Below are positions 63,587-64,000 of a stretch of DNA of 64,000 bases, one piece after another. The stretch covers positions 310,001-374,000 of the forward strand of contig JBLDXI010000010.1 in assembly GCA_047495785.1 (NCBI GenBank). The letters are read 5' to 3'. The notes beneath the pieces were generated by a model. The model saw only the letters and a program-made list of their open reading frames with translations, was not told where the DNA came from and made no database searches. Made by a program: the position numbers and the translations under genes. Source of the DNA: Lepidodermella squamata. Lineage: Eukaryota; Animalia; Gastrotricha. The stretch's first letter is position 1, and the number at the start of each line of letters is the position of its first letter.

Positions 63587-64000
63587 AACCAAGAATTTCT
63601 CCAACGCTGGAAACTGTCAGTAATGGGGCAGAATTTTGCTTGGAATTGGCCTCGAAACCCCCTAAGTCACAAAAATCTCAATTTTACATCAAAGCAATTT
63701 CACGTGGGAAAATGAAAATTTGACAAGTATTAAAACTTGATTGTCTTTGAAAACAAAAGGCTATATATTATAATATAATCGGATTGAGTATTACTCATCT
63801 CGTTGTTGATTTATTTCACTTATAAGACTTATGAGACACATTTATTGTATATTAAATTTATCGTTTCAGTATTTCGAAGACGAGCTGGAGGTAGATATAT
63901 ATGTTCGCCCTTGCGCTATCTACAACAGCATAATAATGCACCTGGGCGAAATCAAGAGTGGTTCTGATAAGAAGTGTGTGGAAGAGGCTTATAAGCAACT

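Overview
AT-rich animal genomic DNA with short GT-AG introns (about 50-110 nt) and many transposons; the species cannot be fixed from sequence alone. It is a duplication-rich region. Genes: three divergent Cys-loop ligand-gated ion channel subunits, an inverted pair of near-identical secreted Cys-rich three-repeat genes flanking an R2/NeSL-type retrotransposon that carries a 2A-like peptide, an LPMO-like/Thr-rich/2xCBM2-like secreted protein and its pseudogene, two HHAT-like MBOAT genes, a catalytically degenerate astacin-EGF-CUB-kringle-like gene, a BTB-BACK cluster, two stanniocalcin-like genes around cathepsin L, and an SDR. The most unusual observation appears only after splicing. Both long ankyrin-repeat ORFs have an upstream 69-nt signal-peptide exon and a C-terminal GPI-type hydrophobic tail, with conserved caps around a variable, non-colinear array of 15 versus 17 repeats. 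They are candidate cell-surface variable ankyrin receptors, resembling natural DARPins or lamprey VLRs in layout. All gene models were spliced by eye and family calls rest on motif recognition, not database searches.
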